In this document: positions 10,022 through 20,227 of the stretch, in pieces | Position numbering within the stretch: position 1 is the first letter of the stretch | How the letters are laid out: the number at the start of each line of letters is the position of its first letter | IMG/VR virus record: IMGVR_UViG_3300042506_000517 | Span: 1-51,165 of that record | Strand: one strand, 5' to 3' | Source of the DNA: a virus | Lineage: Duplodnaviria > Caudoviricetes | Length of the DNA stretch: 51,165 nt | Notes under the pieces: generated by a model | Told to the model about the DNA's origin: nothing | What the model saw: only the letters and a program-made list of their open reading frames with translations | Database searches by the model: none | Program-made: the position numbers and the translations under genes

Positions 10022-12042
10022 AATGTAGAAATTAAATTATCAATGGTTGTACCGACATAAGATAACAAATCCACTAATGGAGTAGGTGTCGGTGTAGGTG
10101 TAGGTGTTGGTGTTGGTGTTGGTGTTGGTGTTGGTGTTGGTGTTGGTGTTGGTGTTGGTGTTGGTGTTGGTGTCGGCTCAGGTGTAGGGGTCGGTGTTGG
10201 TGTCGGCGGTGGCGTTGGTGTAGGGGTCGGTGTAGGTGTAGGTGTCGGCTCAGGTGTAGGTGTCGGTGTTGGTGTCGGCTCAGGTGTAGGTGTCGGTGTT
10301 GGTGTCGGCGTTGGAGTAGGTGTTGGTGTTGGTGTAGGTGTTGTATCATTGAATGTTATTGTACCTGTTGAAGATGAATTATCACCGGCAGTTGATATAT
10401 ATTTAATCATTTTATAACCACCTGATGTGATGGGAGTAGTAGTATAATCCGTAGTACCATTTATTGTTGGATCAGAATAAGAACTAGAGAATCTAATTAT
10501 TACACATCCTGATGCACCTTTACCACCAAGTGCAATTTGTGTATCATTATCTCTACCAGATGCACCACCGCCGCCGCCACCGCCAGATCCAGAATTTGCA
10601 TTATAACCATCCATCTTAGTGTCTGTATTTAAAACAACTAACCCGCCATTACCACCAGTATCTCCAGATCCGGCCAATCCGGGCCCGACAGTAGATAAAC
10701 CTCCGCCGCCACCACCCGCAAAACCTTCATTATATGCGGATGCAACCCATGATGGTAATGGTGGACTGTAAAAATAAGCATTTCCACCGTCGCCACCGGA
10801 CTCTCCCGCATTACCACCAGTTGTTAACCCGAGGCCACCACCACCAGACCTTTTACCAATATCGTAATAACCAGTACCACCAAATGTACTTGCCGTTCCA
10901 ACTTCATTATCATCGGCTCCTGCGCCGCCAGCATTAAGGCCATTATTAATACCCGGTGGAAATACTGTGCCATAATAGGAATAACCGCCAAAACTTCCAC
11001 CTGTTTTGGTTAATGTGTCAAATATAGAAGTCTGACCATTTTCATTATTACTTGATCGACCAGCTAGTTGTAAAGTATAAGGTGTACCAGTTGTAGCAGA
11101 AAAACTACCATATCCAACAGTACCACCGCTGCCACCACCGCCGGCGCCTCTAGTAGCTGATCCACCTGTACCACCGCCACCAACTACGAAGTATTCAACT
11201 GTATAAGTTATTGGTGTTGGTGTAGGTGTAGGTGTCGGTGTAGGTGTTGGTGTTGGTGTTGGTGTTGGTGTCGGTGTCGGTGTTGGCGTTGGTGTCGGTG
11301 TTGGCGTTGGTGTTGGCGTTGGTGTAGGTGTAGGTGTAGGTGTAGGTGTAGGTGTAGGTGTAGGTGTAGGAGTTGGTGTTGGACTTGGTGTTGGACTTGG
11401 TGTTGGAACTGTAGCGTCACATTCTTCATTTGAATATTTTTCTTGATAATTAGAAAAATAACTTCCGCTAAGTATTAAATTTTCATTTCCGTCATCTACT
11501 ATTAGATAACTAGAATCGTATTGATTGTCTATTATTGTTACACTATATGGCGAAATTTTTTCTCCGAAATTAATTCGGGGAATTGTGAATACATCCATTA
11601 CATCTGTCAAAAGTCTGTATGTAGTGTCTAAATTGAAATTTTCTACACCCCATAATTGAGTTGGATTATTATATGTGTTATAAAATAATTGTTTATTTGT
11701 ACTATATACCAATCGCATATAAGTACCATCCGTATTAGTTGGATTAGATGTTGAATTATAATATTGATTACCAACAGGAAAAAATGTGCCTGTAATGTTT
11801 AAACCACGATGATATTGAACAAAATCATCACTTTGTTGTTGTAGTGCTAAATCACAATAACTGTTTGTTATAAATAAACTTGTACCGTCGCCGTAATCAA
11901 TATAAATATGAGATATCGATCCACTTAATGATCCAGACATCCATAATATTAAATCCGTAGCTTCAATATTTGTAGGATTCCAGATTTTATTAGCAACAAA
12001 TGGTGTAACTTGAACATCATCTCTGTTTAGACTTTTAATCAT
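10018..12042 (-). CDS. virion protein with two PT tracts flanking a glycine-rich domain
   Basis: N-terminal domain similar in style to 12055..13161; [10 protein letters not shown]...[10 protein letters not shown] glycine-rich domain typical of tail fibres. Confidence 0.75.
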   Translation of the reverse strand: MIKSLNRDDVQVTPFVANKIWNPTNIEATDLILWMSGSLSGSISHIYIDYGDGTSLFITNSYCDLALQQQSDDFVQYHRGLNITGTFFPVGNQYYNSTSNPTNTDGTYMRLVYSTNKQLFYNTYNNPTQLWGVENFNLDTTYRLLTDVMDVFTIPRINFGEKISPYSVTIIDNQYDSSYLIVDDGNENLILSGSYFSNYQEKYSNEECDATVPTPSPTPSPTPTPTPTPTPTPTPTPTPTPTPTPTPTPTPTPTPTPTPTPTPTPTPTPTPTPTPTPITYTVEYFVVGGGGTGGSATRGAGGGGSGGTVGYGSFSATTGTPYTLQLAGRSSNNENGQTSIFDTLTKTGGSFGGYSYYGTVFPPGINNGLNAGGAGADDNEVGTASTFGGTGYYDIGKRSGGGGLGLTTGGNAGESGGDGGNAYFYSPPLPSWVASAYNEGFAGGGGGGLSTVGPGLAGSGDTGGNGGLVVLNTDTKMDGYNANSGSGGGGGGGASGRDNDTQIALGGKGASGCVIIRFSSSYSDPTINGTTDYTTTPITSGGYKMIKYISTAGDNSSSTGTITFNDTTPTPTPTPTPTPTPTPTPTPEPTPTPTPTPEPTPTPTPTPTPTPPPTPTPTPTPEPTPTPTPTPTPTPTPTPTPTPTPTPTPTPTPTPLVDLLSYVGTTIDNLISTL
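10078..10343. repeat. (PT)n hexanucleotide repeat, tract 2
   Basis: Directly visible. Confidence 0.95.
11212..11406. repeat. (PT/PS)n hexanucleotide repeat, tract 3
   Basis: Directly visible. Confidence 0.95.
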
Positions 12043-12054
12043 GTATCCATTAGT

Positions 12055-13161
12055 TTAAAAATCAAGTTTTACTCTAATCAACAATTCACTATCAAAAGTT
12101 TTTTGTGTTGGTTGACTTAATTTAGCAACAGCTACAAGTTCATTATCACTATCATATAAACCAACTGTAGTAATATATGTGGTAGGATTATTTACGAAAT
12201 CACCAATCTTAATAGCACCTCTTGATAATACAGTACCATTTAAACTATCAGTAGTACCATTTGCAATGAATGTTGGATTGTTTGTGTAGTTAAAGTCTTG
12301 ATTCTTTACTCTTACGAAATATTGGGCAGAAGGTAAATATTCAGACTTTCTTACTTTAAATGTCTTGGTTGTACATTTAGTAATTGCTTGGAACATAGTT
12401 CTTTGATTCAATACGTATGTATTTGCTTGATCTGCAACACTCGCAAATGATCCCGTCAAAGATACTCCAACCGAAGAACTAATTGCACCTGCGTTTAATA
12501 CAACTGTACCTGTTTTTGGATAAAATAATCCAACAGAATTGTATGTAATAATTCCACCGTTTGAATATGCAGATGGAACACCATCATTGACACTTCCACT
12601 AATAATGTTATAAACATCCAATTGTTTTTTAACTACAGAAGAATCATCTATGAATGTAAATTGTCCGTTGGAACCACTAATACTAAATTCAATTTGTCCT
12701 TCATCCACACGATCTTTGTATTTATCTGCGGATAAATTCAATACTACTATACCAGATGCGGTAACAGATGTAGTTGAATCTGTAGCAGTAGATACTGTAT
12801 AATTGCCAGATTTAAAATTGAAAAATGTATCATCTGGTGTCAATAATACATTCTTATATTGATTGTAAATTGCTTGTGTAGGACGAATATATAATGTAGT
12901 TGAATCTGTAATAGAAGATCCGGAACCATAATAATCACCATATGTTATTGAAAAATGTGGTTGGTTTTGGTAATAAACATTGTAATAATACAATCCGTTT
13001 TGAACATCATATTGGTTTGATCCCGTCAATACTACTTGAGTTGACGATGTTGTAAAAGTTGATTGTGTTACTGCATAATTGCCGTCAACCCAAAATCCAG
13101 AAGAAACCTTATTGATTCTTCCGGCTACGATATCTGTAGATTCAAAGTTTTTAAAAATCAT
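12055..13161 (-). CDS. virion structural (tail/baseplate-associated) protein
   Basis: FNYTNNPTF...YITTVGLYD...LVAVAKLS C-terminus, paralogous to 2805..5057. Confidence 0.65.
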   Translation of the reverse strand: MIFKNFESTDIVAGRINKVSSGFWVDGNYAVTQSTFTTSSTQVVLTGSNQYDVQNGLYYYNVYYQNQPHFSITYGDYYGSGSSITDSTTLYIRPTQAIYNQYKNVLLTPDDTFFNFKSGNYTVSTATDSTTSVTASGIVVLNLSADKYKDRVDEGQIEFSISGSNGQFTFIDDSSVVKKQLDVYNIISGSVNDGVPSAYSNGGIITYNSVGLFYPKTGTVVLNAGAISSSVGVSLTGSFASVADQANTYVLNQRTMFQAITKCTTKTFKVRKSEYLPSAQYFVRVKNQDFNYTNNPTFIANGTTDSLNGTVLSRGAIKIGDFVNNPTTYITTVGLYDSDNELVAVAKLSQPTQKTFDSELLIRVKLDF

Positions 13162-13167
13162 ATTTTA

Positions 13168-13812
13168 TTAAGCGTTTGTAGTTGGAACTGTTATGGTAAC
13201 TGTAATTGTTAAACTACCACCGCTTTCATTTCCAATGATAGTCAATGTTGTAGTTATGGTAGATATCAAAGCGTTGTTTGGTACAAACTTAAACTTATTA
13301 CCAACTACTACTTGAGAAGCAGCAGTTACGGCATCACCAGCAAAACTCGGAATAGTTGCACTAGTAGAATTAATACTATTTGTTTCAGTAACTAACAATG
13401 TTCCGGCATTCTTATTACCCAATATGGCAGTATATCCTAGTGTTGTATTGTATGTTGGATTGGTACTTGGAGAAATTATAAATTCGCTTGTATTCAATCT
13501 ATCGGTTGTAATACTTGTTTGTGCGATAGAAATTACTGGAATTGCTGTAACACCAGATGGTAAAGTTACCAACTTATACTTCATTACTTGTGTTTCATCG
13601 CTAAATGGTTCCAATACTGGAATATTTCTTATAGCGATATCATAAAAAGCACTACCAAGTGGATGTGTTGAATTGTATAGATTATAATCAATTTCGTCAT
13701 CCGCAAGCGCAAATGATGAAATGTTCAAAGATCCGTTCTTTGCTAACAATTGTCTACCTTTTTGTGTTAAAATCGCATCAACTGTTATAGTTTTGTTGTC
13801 TAGATATGCCAT
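13168..13812 (-). CDS. virion structural protein
   Basis: DAILT.KGRQLLA...FALADDEIDY, a pattern seen at the N-terminus of phage tail proteins; structural gene context. Confidence 0.6.
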   Translation of the reverse strand: MAYLDNKTITVDAILTQKGRQLLAKNGSLNISSFALADDEIDYNLYNSTHPLGSAFYDIAIRNIPVLEPFSDETQVMKYKLVTLPSGVTAIPVISIAQTSITTDRLNTSEFIISPSTNPTYNTTLGYTAILGNKNAGTLLVTETNSINSTSATIPSFAGDAVTAASQVVVGNKFKFVPNNALISTITTTLTIIGNESGGSLTITVTITVPTTNA

Positions 13813-13858
13813 ATAGTATAAGTATATTTATCAATAAATATTATTCATTAAATCTTTT

Positions 13859-16800
13859 TTATGAACTAATCAATGAATTTTGAGAAACTTGTAGATTTAT
13901 TTGTGTTCTTTCAATTGGTGATGAATTATCACTGTTTCCTTTATCATCAACTGTTGTATATCTAGTTTGACTAGATTTTTTAAAAAATGAACCAGTCGGT
14001 GAATTAACGAAATATTGATTGGTTGAAAATCTTGAAATTCTTCTTTTCAATGAATAATGTCCTACAGGATACGAATCTGTATCAAAAATTGAAGAATTAT
14101 TATCATATGTAGTAAATAAAGATGATGAATTGACATTTACATAAGAATATGTATTTATAAATTTACTGCTAGAATTTTCTAAACTAGTATTTGGATTTGT
14201 ACCAAACAAATATACTTTTTTATTGTTTCCGTAAATATAGTTACTTTCAAATTTATCAAAAAATGATCCGCTAATAGAAAATACACTTAATCTTTTATCA
14301 TAGTTCAAACTAGAGAACTGGAATGATGTATAATTATTAGATGTATATGATGCGGGATGCATTGATGATGTCAATGAACCGTATGTAGAAGATGTTAACG
14401 GATAATCTAATCCATTTTTACTTAATTTTACTTGACTTGTACTTCTATAATTTCTTTCAAACGAACCAGAAAAATTTCTAAGTGGTTGATATGAACTACT
14501 TAAATCATAAGCAATAGCACTGTCTATTGGACGATTTTGATATTTATTTCTTTCCAATAAACTTGGTTCAATTAATATACCATCAATTACTTTACTTCTT
14601 GCGGGAAGCAATTGTCTTACTGTTTCAAAAAAAGATCCGTCAAAATAATTCTTATACAGAGTCATAAACTCTTGATACAAGACTTGTTCTGATAAATTAT
14701 ATTTATTATAATTGTCTCTTAATGTTTGTAAACTTTCATAATTGTCGGAAAAAATATTTGATGGATCACCAATCAAATCCATCATATCATATTCGCCCAA
14801 GAAATTCAATATATCATCATCTCTTACTTTAAATGGTGAAATGTATACTGCCAATAAATTTGAATCTGTAGTGATTAAATTATTTACTGCACTTGTTTCA
14901 TTAGGCATCAATCTAGATTCAACTGTTTGTGTTGCTTTATTGATTTTTACATTTTTAAACTTATTAGGACCATATTGTCCCAATTTGATGTTTTGATTAA
15001 TTTCAATTTCATCAAATTGATATGGATAAAGTGATGCAGATACAGTTAAACAATTTGATTGTGTAGTTGTATTTTGTGCAAAGTTATATGCAGATGCACT
15101 ATATTGTGAATATAACTTATTTGCATTTCTTACAACAAATAAAGCAGGTACGGAACCAGTGTACATATTAACCGGATAATCATAACTGTATCTGAAATAC
15201 AAGTTGTCATAAGTTGTACTGTCATTATTTGTTTTATATGAATCAAAATTCTTACAATGTTCTATAAAAGATTCATCATCCAATTCGTGTTTCCATAGAT
15301 TTATTTTGTCAATATTTCCTTGGAATAAATTACCTCCACCTGTATAGTTTCCTACATAAAGATTTACAAAACCATTAAATGCTTCATTAATTCCAGCAGT
15401 TCCACAAATAATTGATTTATTATCATCAAATACAATTTCATCATTGTCAACAGATGTTACTCTTAATGAATATTGATATGGTAATTGACCACCAGATCCA
15501 GTATCATAACTTGCAGATAAATTAATCTGTTTAATTAATACATTGAATACATTTCCATTAAACAATGGCAATGAATCCGTTTCAATATAGTCCGTTGGCA
15601 ATCCAGCTAGAGATAAATCAAATTTTAATTTTCCGAAAGTATCTTTAACTTCCTTTTTGATTGATACATCCCAAAAACTAGTTTTTAATAAATAAACCTT
15701 GGTATTTTGTGGGTAAATATAATCTGAATCAATTCTAAATTTGAATTCAATTGAATTGACATAATTTGCCGAACCAGATATTGGTATTATTATCGCATCA
15801 CCATTCCTGGTATATTTTGTAAAATAATACTTATTTTGATATGTGTAGGATGAATTATCTTCATCCGATATCTTGTTTCCGCCGTATTCTTTAACATTTA
15901 ATAAACTACGAGGAATTCCATAGATATTAGATACCACTCTAATACATTCTTCTGTTCCTTTAGTCTTATAAATCAACGGCAGTGTCTTTAAAATTCTGTT
16001 CCAAATAATCTTTAACTTATCATAATCGGAATAAGCATTTGAACCCGTCAAGTAATTGGATTCAATAGATGAATTGTCAAATGAACTGATTGGATTCCAA
16101 CCAAATTGTTTTAATAAAGTATTTGCTACTGTACTTACATAACTTGACGATAAGTTGTTTTCAACATATTGTTGTGTTGGGAAATTCTTAATATACAAGT
16201 AAATGTTATCAAAATGATGTCCAATCATTGATAAGAATATCAAATAATCCGTATTATTATCATCTAATAGAATATATTCTGGTGTATTATTTACAAGACT
16301 ATCTCTATTATTCTTATCAAATTCAATTGCATTTTCGATATAGTCTGGATAATTATAGTTTTGTATATAAGCACCATTAACAAATGATGTTGTACTACCA
16401 CTTACTAAAGTAATATTTTTATACAAATATGTATCATATCCGTCAAATGAATTGAAAACTGTATTTAATTGTGATTGATAATCATTTACTTCAGTTGCAT
16501 ATGACGCACTAATAAATGAATATGAAGTTAATAATGTATATGATGACGCACTATTCGCTGCAGATGCGGATAATGTAGTCAATATAGAATTGATTGACTT
16601 ATTAAGTTGATTAACAGATGTAACTTTATTTAAAAACAGTTTGGTTCTCAATTCCGCAGAACCAAATACAATGAAATCGGAAAAATTAGAATAATCAACA
16701 TTAAGATTATTTAATTTCTTATAAAATTCTACATCGTTTTTTGTAGTATTATCTAACTTTAAATCATTAGAACTTTGATAATTTACAGGTGAACTATTAT

Positions 16801-18094
16801 AAGAATCAATTGGTATTTTGAAATTTGGACCTGATATCTTAAAGTTTTTCTTAATTATCGGAATATTAATGACAAACTTTTGAATTACAGGTACAAGTGA
16901 TATGTTTGATATCCAACACTTATCTCTTAATGAAACATCCAATGGTAATTCATTGAATAATTTTACAATTATGTTTGTATTACCGTCTTCTTCTACGAAT
17001 GTATAATTTAATATTGTATAAAATGTATCGTTACCAAAATTCAATGCATTCTTCAAATATGCATACAATTTATTATCATGATATGTTTGAACTGTATCAA
17101 CTACATTTGATATAAAATTTGTGAAAAGTAAATCAATGATGAAGTTTTCAACTTGTGTTGTCAGTTCAATATTACTTGTATAATATGAATTAATTTGATT
17201 CAATCTAATTGATATAGACTTTTGAACTATATACTTAAATTGAGTTTTAATCTGTTCAAATGAATAAATTGATTTGTAATATGTATACAACCAATCTTTA
17301 ATATAATTTTTAGCACCTTCAAAACTATTTTGAATCAATTGTCCGTTTTGAGAATTGATGAAAGGACGATTGAATCCACCGTATGTGTCATCTAAAAATG
17401 CAAGTATATCCGCATCTGATTTGAATCCAAAATTAGTTCTTAGTAATGCAAAAATTGTTTTATTATTTTTAATTAATGAATCACTATTTTTGTAAATCTG
17501 ATATGAATCCAAAAAGTAATTGAATAAAGGAATTGTATCTCTAACCAATACTGCTTTTCTGGCAAATGCTTGATATTGAAGATTTACAAGTATATTTTCT
17601 TCTTTTGTTAAATCTAATTTAAATGACGGGGTTAATTTAATTTCTCTTCTACTAGGAGAAATGTCTTTGATATAAAGTTGATAATCAGGATTACCCGCCG
17701 TATTTCTAATGAAATTATAACTCGCAACATGGTTACCTGAATTAATATTTGAACCGGAAAAATCTTGAAGTGTATTTAATAATATATTTTTATTAAATGC
17801 AATCGTATAACTACTATTGTATTGTTTATAACTGTAATTTAAAGTGTTGTTATCAACATCTTTATATGTTTTATTTAATACTGTATATGTTGTTGAAACT
17901 GGTAAATATTGCCATATATTAATGTTACCTTCAATATCATATACACTAAATTCAACTATGTCTTGTTCCGAATTTCCAAAATAATATTCTTGAAATGGTA
18001 CATCAACAAATGTATCCAAATCATTTTGTAAAAAGTAAGAACCGCTATTAAGCGATCCACTGTTAGATGATATTGTTGGAAATGGAAATGCCAT
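13859..18094 (-). CDS. large baseplate wedge-like structural protein
   Basis: 1411 aa; MIGHHFD...LPLIYKTKGT motif resembling gp7/P2 gpI-type wedge proteins; near gp6- and gp25-like genes. Confidence 0.6.
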   Translation of the reverse strand: MAFPFPTISSNSGSLNSGSYFLQNDLDTFVDVPFQEYYFGNSEQDIVEFSVYDIEGNINIWQYLPVSTTYTVLNKTYKDVDNNTLNYSYKQYNSSYTIAFNKNILLNTLQDFSGSNINSGNHVASYNFIRNTAGNPDYQLYIKDISPSRREIKLTPSFKLDLTKEENILVNLQYQAFARKAVLVRDTIPLFNYFLDSYQIYKNSDSLIKNNKTIFALLRTNFGFKSDADILAFLDDTYGGFNRPFINSQNGQLIQNSFEGAKNYIKDWLYTYYKSIYSFEQIKTQFKYIVQKSISIRLNQINSYYTSNIELTTQVENFIIDLLFTNFISNVVDTVQTYHDNKLYAYLKNALNFGNDTFYTILNYTFVEEDGNTNIIVKLFNELPLDVSLRDKCWISNISLVPVIQKFVINIPIIKKNFKISGPNFKIPIDSYNSSPVNYQSSNDLKLDNTTKNDVEFYKKLNNLNVDYSNFSDFIVFGSAELRTKLFLNKVTSVNQLNKSINSILTTLSASAANSASSYTLLTSYSFISASYATEVNDYQSQLNTVFNSFDGYDTYLYKNITLVSGSTTSFVNGAYIQNYNYPDYIENAIEFDKNNRDSLVNNTPEYILLDDNNTDYLIFLSMIGHHFDNIYLYIKNFPTQQYVENNLSSSYVSTVANTLLKQFGWNPISSFDNSSIESNYLTGSNAYSDYDKLKIIWNRILKTLPLIYKTKGTEECIRVVSNIYGIPRSLLNVKEYGGNKISDEDNSSYTYQNKYYFTKYTRNGDAIIIPISGSANYVNSIEFKFRIDSDYIYPQNTKVYLLKTSFWDVSIKKEVKDTFGKLKFDLSLAGLPTDYIETDSLPLFNGNVFNVLIKQINLSASYDTGSGGQLPYQYSLRVTSVDNDEIVFDDNKSIICGTAGINEAFNGFVNLYVGNYTGGGNLFQGNIDKINLWKHELDDESFIEHCKNFDSYKTNNDSTTYDNLYFRYSYDYPVNMYTGSVPALFVVRNANKLYSQYSASAYNFAQNTTTQSNCLTVSASLYPYQFDEIEINQNIKLGQYGPNKFKNVKINKATQTVESRLMPNETSAVNNLITTDSNLLAVYISPFKVRDDDILNFLGEYDMMDLIGDPSNIFSDNYESLQTLRDNYNKYNLSEQVLYQEFMTLYKNYFDGSFFETVRQLLPARSKVIDGILIEPSLLERNKYQNRPIDSAIAYDLSSSYQPLRNFSGSFERNYRSTSQVKLSKNGLDYPLTSSTYGSLTSSMHPASYTSNNYTSFQFSSLNYDKRLSVFSISGSFFDKFESNYIYGNNKKVYLFGTNPNTSLENSSSKFINTYSYVNVNSSSLFTTYDNNSSIFDTDSYPVGHYSLKRRISRFSTNQYFVNSPTGSFFKKSSQTRYTTVDDKGNSDNSSPIERTQINLQVSQNSLISS

Positions 18095-18097
18095 AAA

Positions 18098-18550
18098 TTA
18101 TTCGTTTTCAGATTTTAAATTAAATGGAAATTCATTGGAAAAATCTTCTAGTTTATTTCCTTGTTTTAATTTAATTCTCAATTGTACTATTAAATCTCTT
18201 GCCGCACTTAATTGTGATTTTGATGAATCGGATTGTACTTCGTCAACCAATTGATTTAACTTTTCTTTCAAATCTTGATTTTCATACAATACTTTATTGT
18301 ATTCAGTTAAGAATGATTGATCAAATACTTGTTTTTGAATCTTAGGTTCTGTTTGTATTTCAGTAATACCTACATCATATAAATTTTCAATTTCATCCTT
18401 CTTATAATTAAAATTTATTAAAGGAAATGCAATGTATTGTTCATTTGCGTCACTTGAACTAATATATAAATTTATATTGCCAAATTCATCAATGTTATTA
18501 GTGAATTGGCCTGTTAATAAAAAGTCATTGATTTGCGATTTTATACTCAT
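18098..18550 (-). CDS. hypothetical protein with coiled coil
   Basis: 150-aa ORF, operonic. Confidence 0.65.
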   Translation of the reverse strand: MSIKSQINDFLLTGQFTNNIDEFGNINLYISSSDANEQYIAFPLINFNYKKDEIENLYDVGITEIQTEPKIQKQVFDQSFLTEYNKVLYENQDLKEKLNQLVDEVQSDSSKSQLSAARDLIVQLRIKLKQGNKLEDFSNEFPFNLKSENE

Positions 18551-20172
18551 CTTGATACTTTAAATATGTTTCCATTATCAAATATTACGATTTCACCGTT
18601 TATTTCTGTTTTTATTAAAATTCTATAATATCTTTCGACAGGTAAACCAGTTGTATCCAATCTAAAATAATGAATTACACCATCACAACTTAATTTTGTA
18701 TAATCATCAAAATCAATTACAAAGTTTTCACTTTCATTATCTTTAATAGCATAATAAGAATCGGTGGGTAATAAACTTGAACTTAAATATTGACTTTGTT
18801 GATATCCTTTAACAAAGTTCTTTAACGGTGCCTTTTCTCTCGCAAATATGTTTATACGAGGTACACTTCCAAACTTATATTCTCTACCCACATTCTTTAC
18901 AACTACTGTATATGGATTAAATCCTGTTAAAGACACCAAACTGCCTGTGGAATATACACTATCATCCCATTTAACATCCAAATATGGTTGATAAATAGTA
19001 TTTGTTTCTTTACTGAAAAATCTAATAGATGAATTTATATTATTAGATTGAACCAATTCAAGTGAACTAACTAAAATAAATCCATTATTAGGAACACATC
19101 CACATATCCAACTTTTAACTATTGATGTGACATCCATATAAATGTCAGATGTACTATAAGAATACGATTGTGAACATATTAATGAACTACCACTCAATGA
19201 AGATGAACAGAATGATGATATGTACTTTGATCCACTATAAATATTATAAAATGATGAAGATGTACTAGATGTAGGTTGTAAATATGTAGATGGAACATTA
19301 TAAATCCATGTAGCACCACCATTTTGGAATGATGCAGATCCTAAACTTGATGTTAAAAGATAATCACTGAAATTATAAGTTACGGTAGATGCCGTAGGCG
19401 AATACCACAAACTAGCGGTATTTTGCGTAGTATTGTAATACCAACTAGCACCAAAACTACCAATTCCGTCAGTATCATATCTTCCTATACCCATATCCCA
19501 ACTTTTGCTAACTGGATATGTATAAATTTTATAATCTAACGGTACTTCACTTGTAGAAGAAGCCTTTAATTTTAAGAAAAATTTAGATCCATTATTTATA
19601 TCTCCAGTTAAAAGAGAACTTGAAATATCGGTCAAATCAAACTTAATTAAAATTCTACTAAATTCAGGATCATTAGTGAATGTTGTAGTTGGATTGTAAA
19701 CACTCTGTGTTCCTTGTAAAGTTCCATTAATACACCCATTAAAATTAGTTAAAGATCCACTTGCAAAGAAAATTGAACCTGTAAAAGATCCTACTATACT
19801 TCCACTTATACTACCAGTAACTGAACCATTATAATTAGTTAAACTTGATGTAATTGGAATTCCACCACCATAAGTTCCAGATACATATCCATTGTAATTA
19901 GTTGATGTAAATTGTGAAGATCCACTGACATATATGTTTGATGATTCTGCTGCGCCTGATATATAACTTCCAGAAACACTTCCAATATAATTTAATACAT
20001 CGAACGTCGAATAACTGCCAGAAAGACTGGCTGAAGTATAAAATGCAACGTTACTTATTAATTGATTTTGTGCTTTTAATTCTAAAATTTCATCAATTCC
20101 AAAATTTTTATCGGCATAACCCGTCTCGTTAGTTATGAATGTGTCTTGTTTTGGAAATATAAATGTGTGCAT
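18547..20172 (-). CDS. structural protein, DNRLRE-like domain with Ser/Gly-rich insert
   Basis: DTFI...NFG.DEILE, SRILIKFD, NNGFIL, FFSKET...PYL. Confidence 0.55.
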   Translation of the reverse strand: MHTFIFPKQDTFITNETGYADKNFGIDEILELKAQNQLISNVAFYTSASLSGSYSTFDVLNYIGSVSGSYISGAAESSNIYVSGSSQFTSTNYNGYVSGTYGGGIPITSSLTNYNGSVTGSISGSIVGSFTGSIFFASGSLTNFNGCINGTLQGTQSVYNPTTTFTNDPEFSRILIKFDLTDISSSLLTGDINNGSKFFLKLKASSTSEVPLDYKIYTYPVSKSWDMGIGRYDTDGIGSFGASWYYNTTQNTASLWYSPTASTVTYNFSDYLLTSSLGSASFQNGGATWIYNVPSTYLQPTSSTSSSFYNIYSGSKYISSFCSSSLSGSSLICSQSYSYSTSDIYMDVTSIVKSWICGCVPNNGFILVSSLELVQSNNINSSIRFFSKETNTIYQPYLDVKWDDSVYSTGSLVSLTGFNPYTVVVKNVGREYKFGSVPRINIFAREKAPLKNFVKGYQQSQYLSSSLLPTDSYYAIKDNESENFVIDFDDYTKLSCDGVIHYFRLDTTGLPVERYYRILIKTEINGEIVIFDNGNIFKVSR

Positions 20173-20227
20173 ACTCTATTATATAAATATAAGTATGAAA
20201 TTTATAAGACTTTTAATGATAAATTTA

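Noticed and set aside
8659-11406. Possible CRISPR array or non-coding satellite
   Set aside because: 6-nt period with no unique spacers; in frame as Pro-Thr codons
10074-11429. His/Gln-rich ORFs 10074..10349 and 11208..11429
   Set aside because: Alternative frames of the PT repeats inside a longer gene
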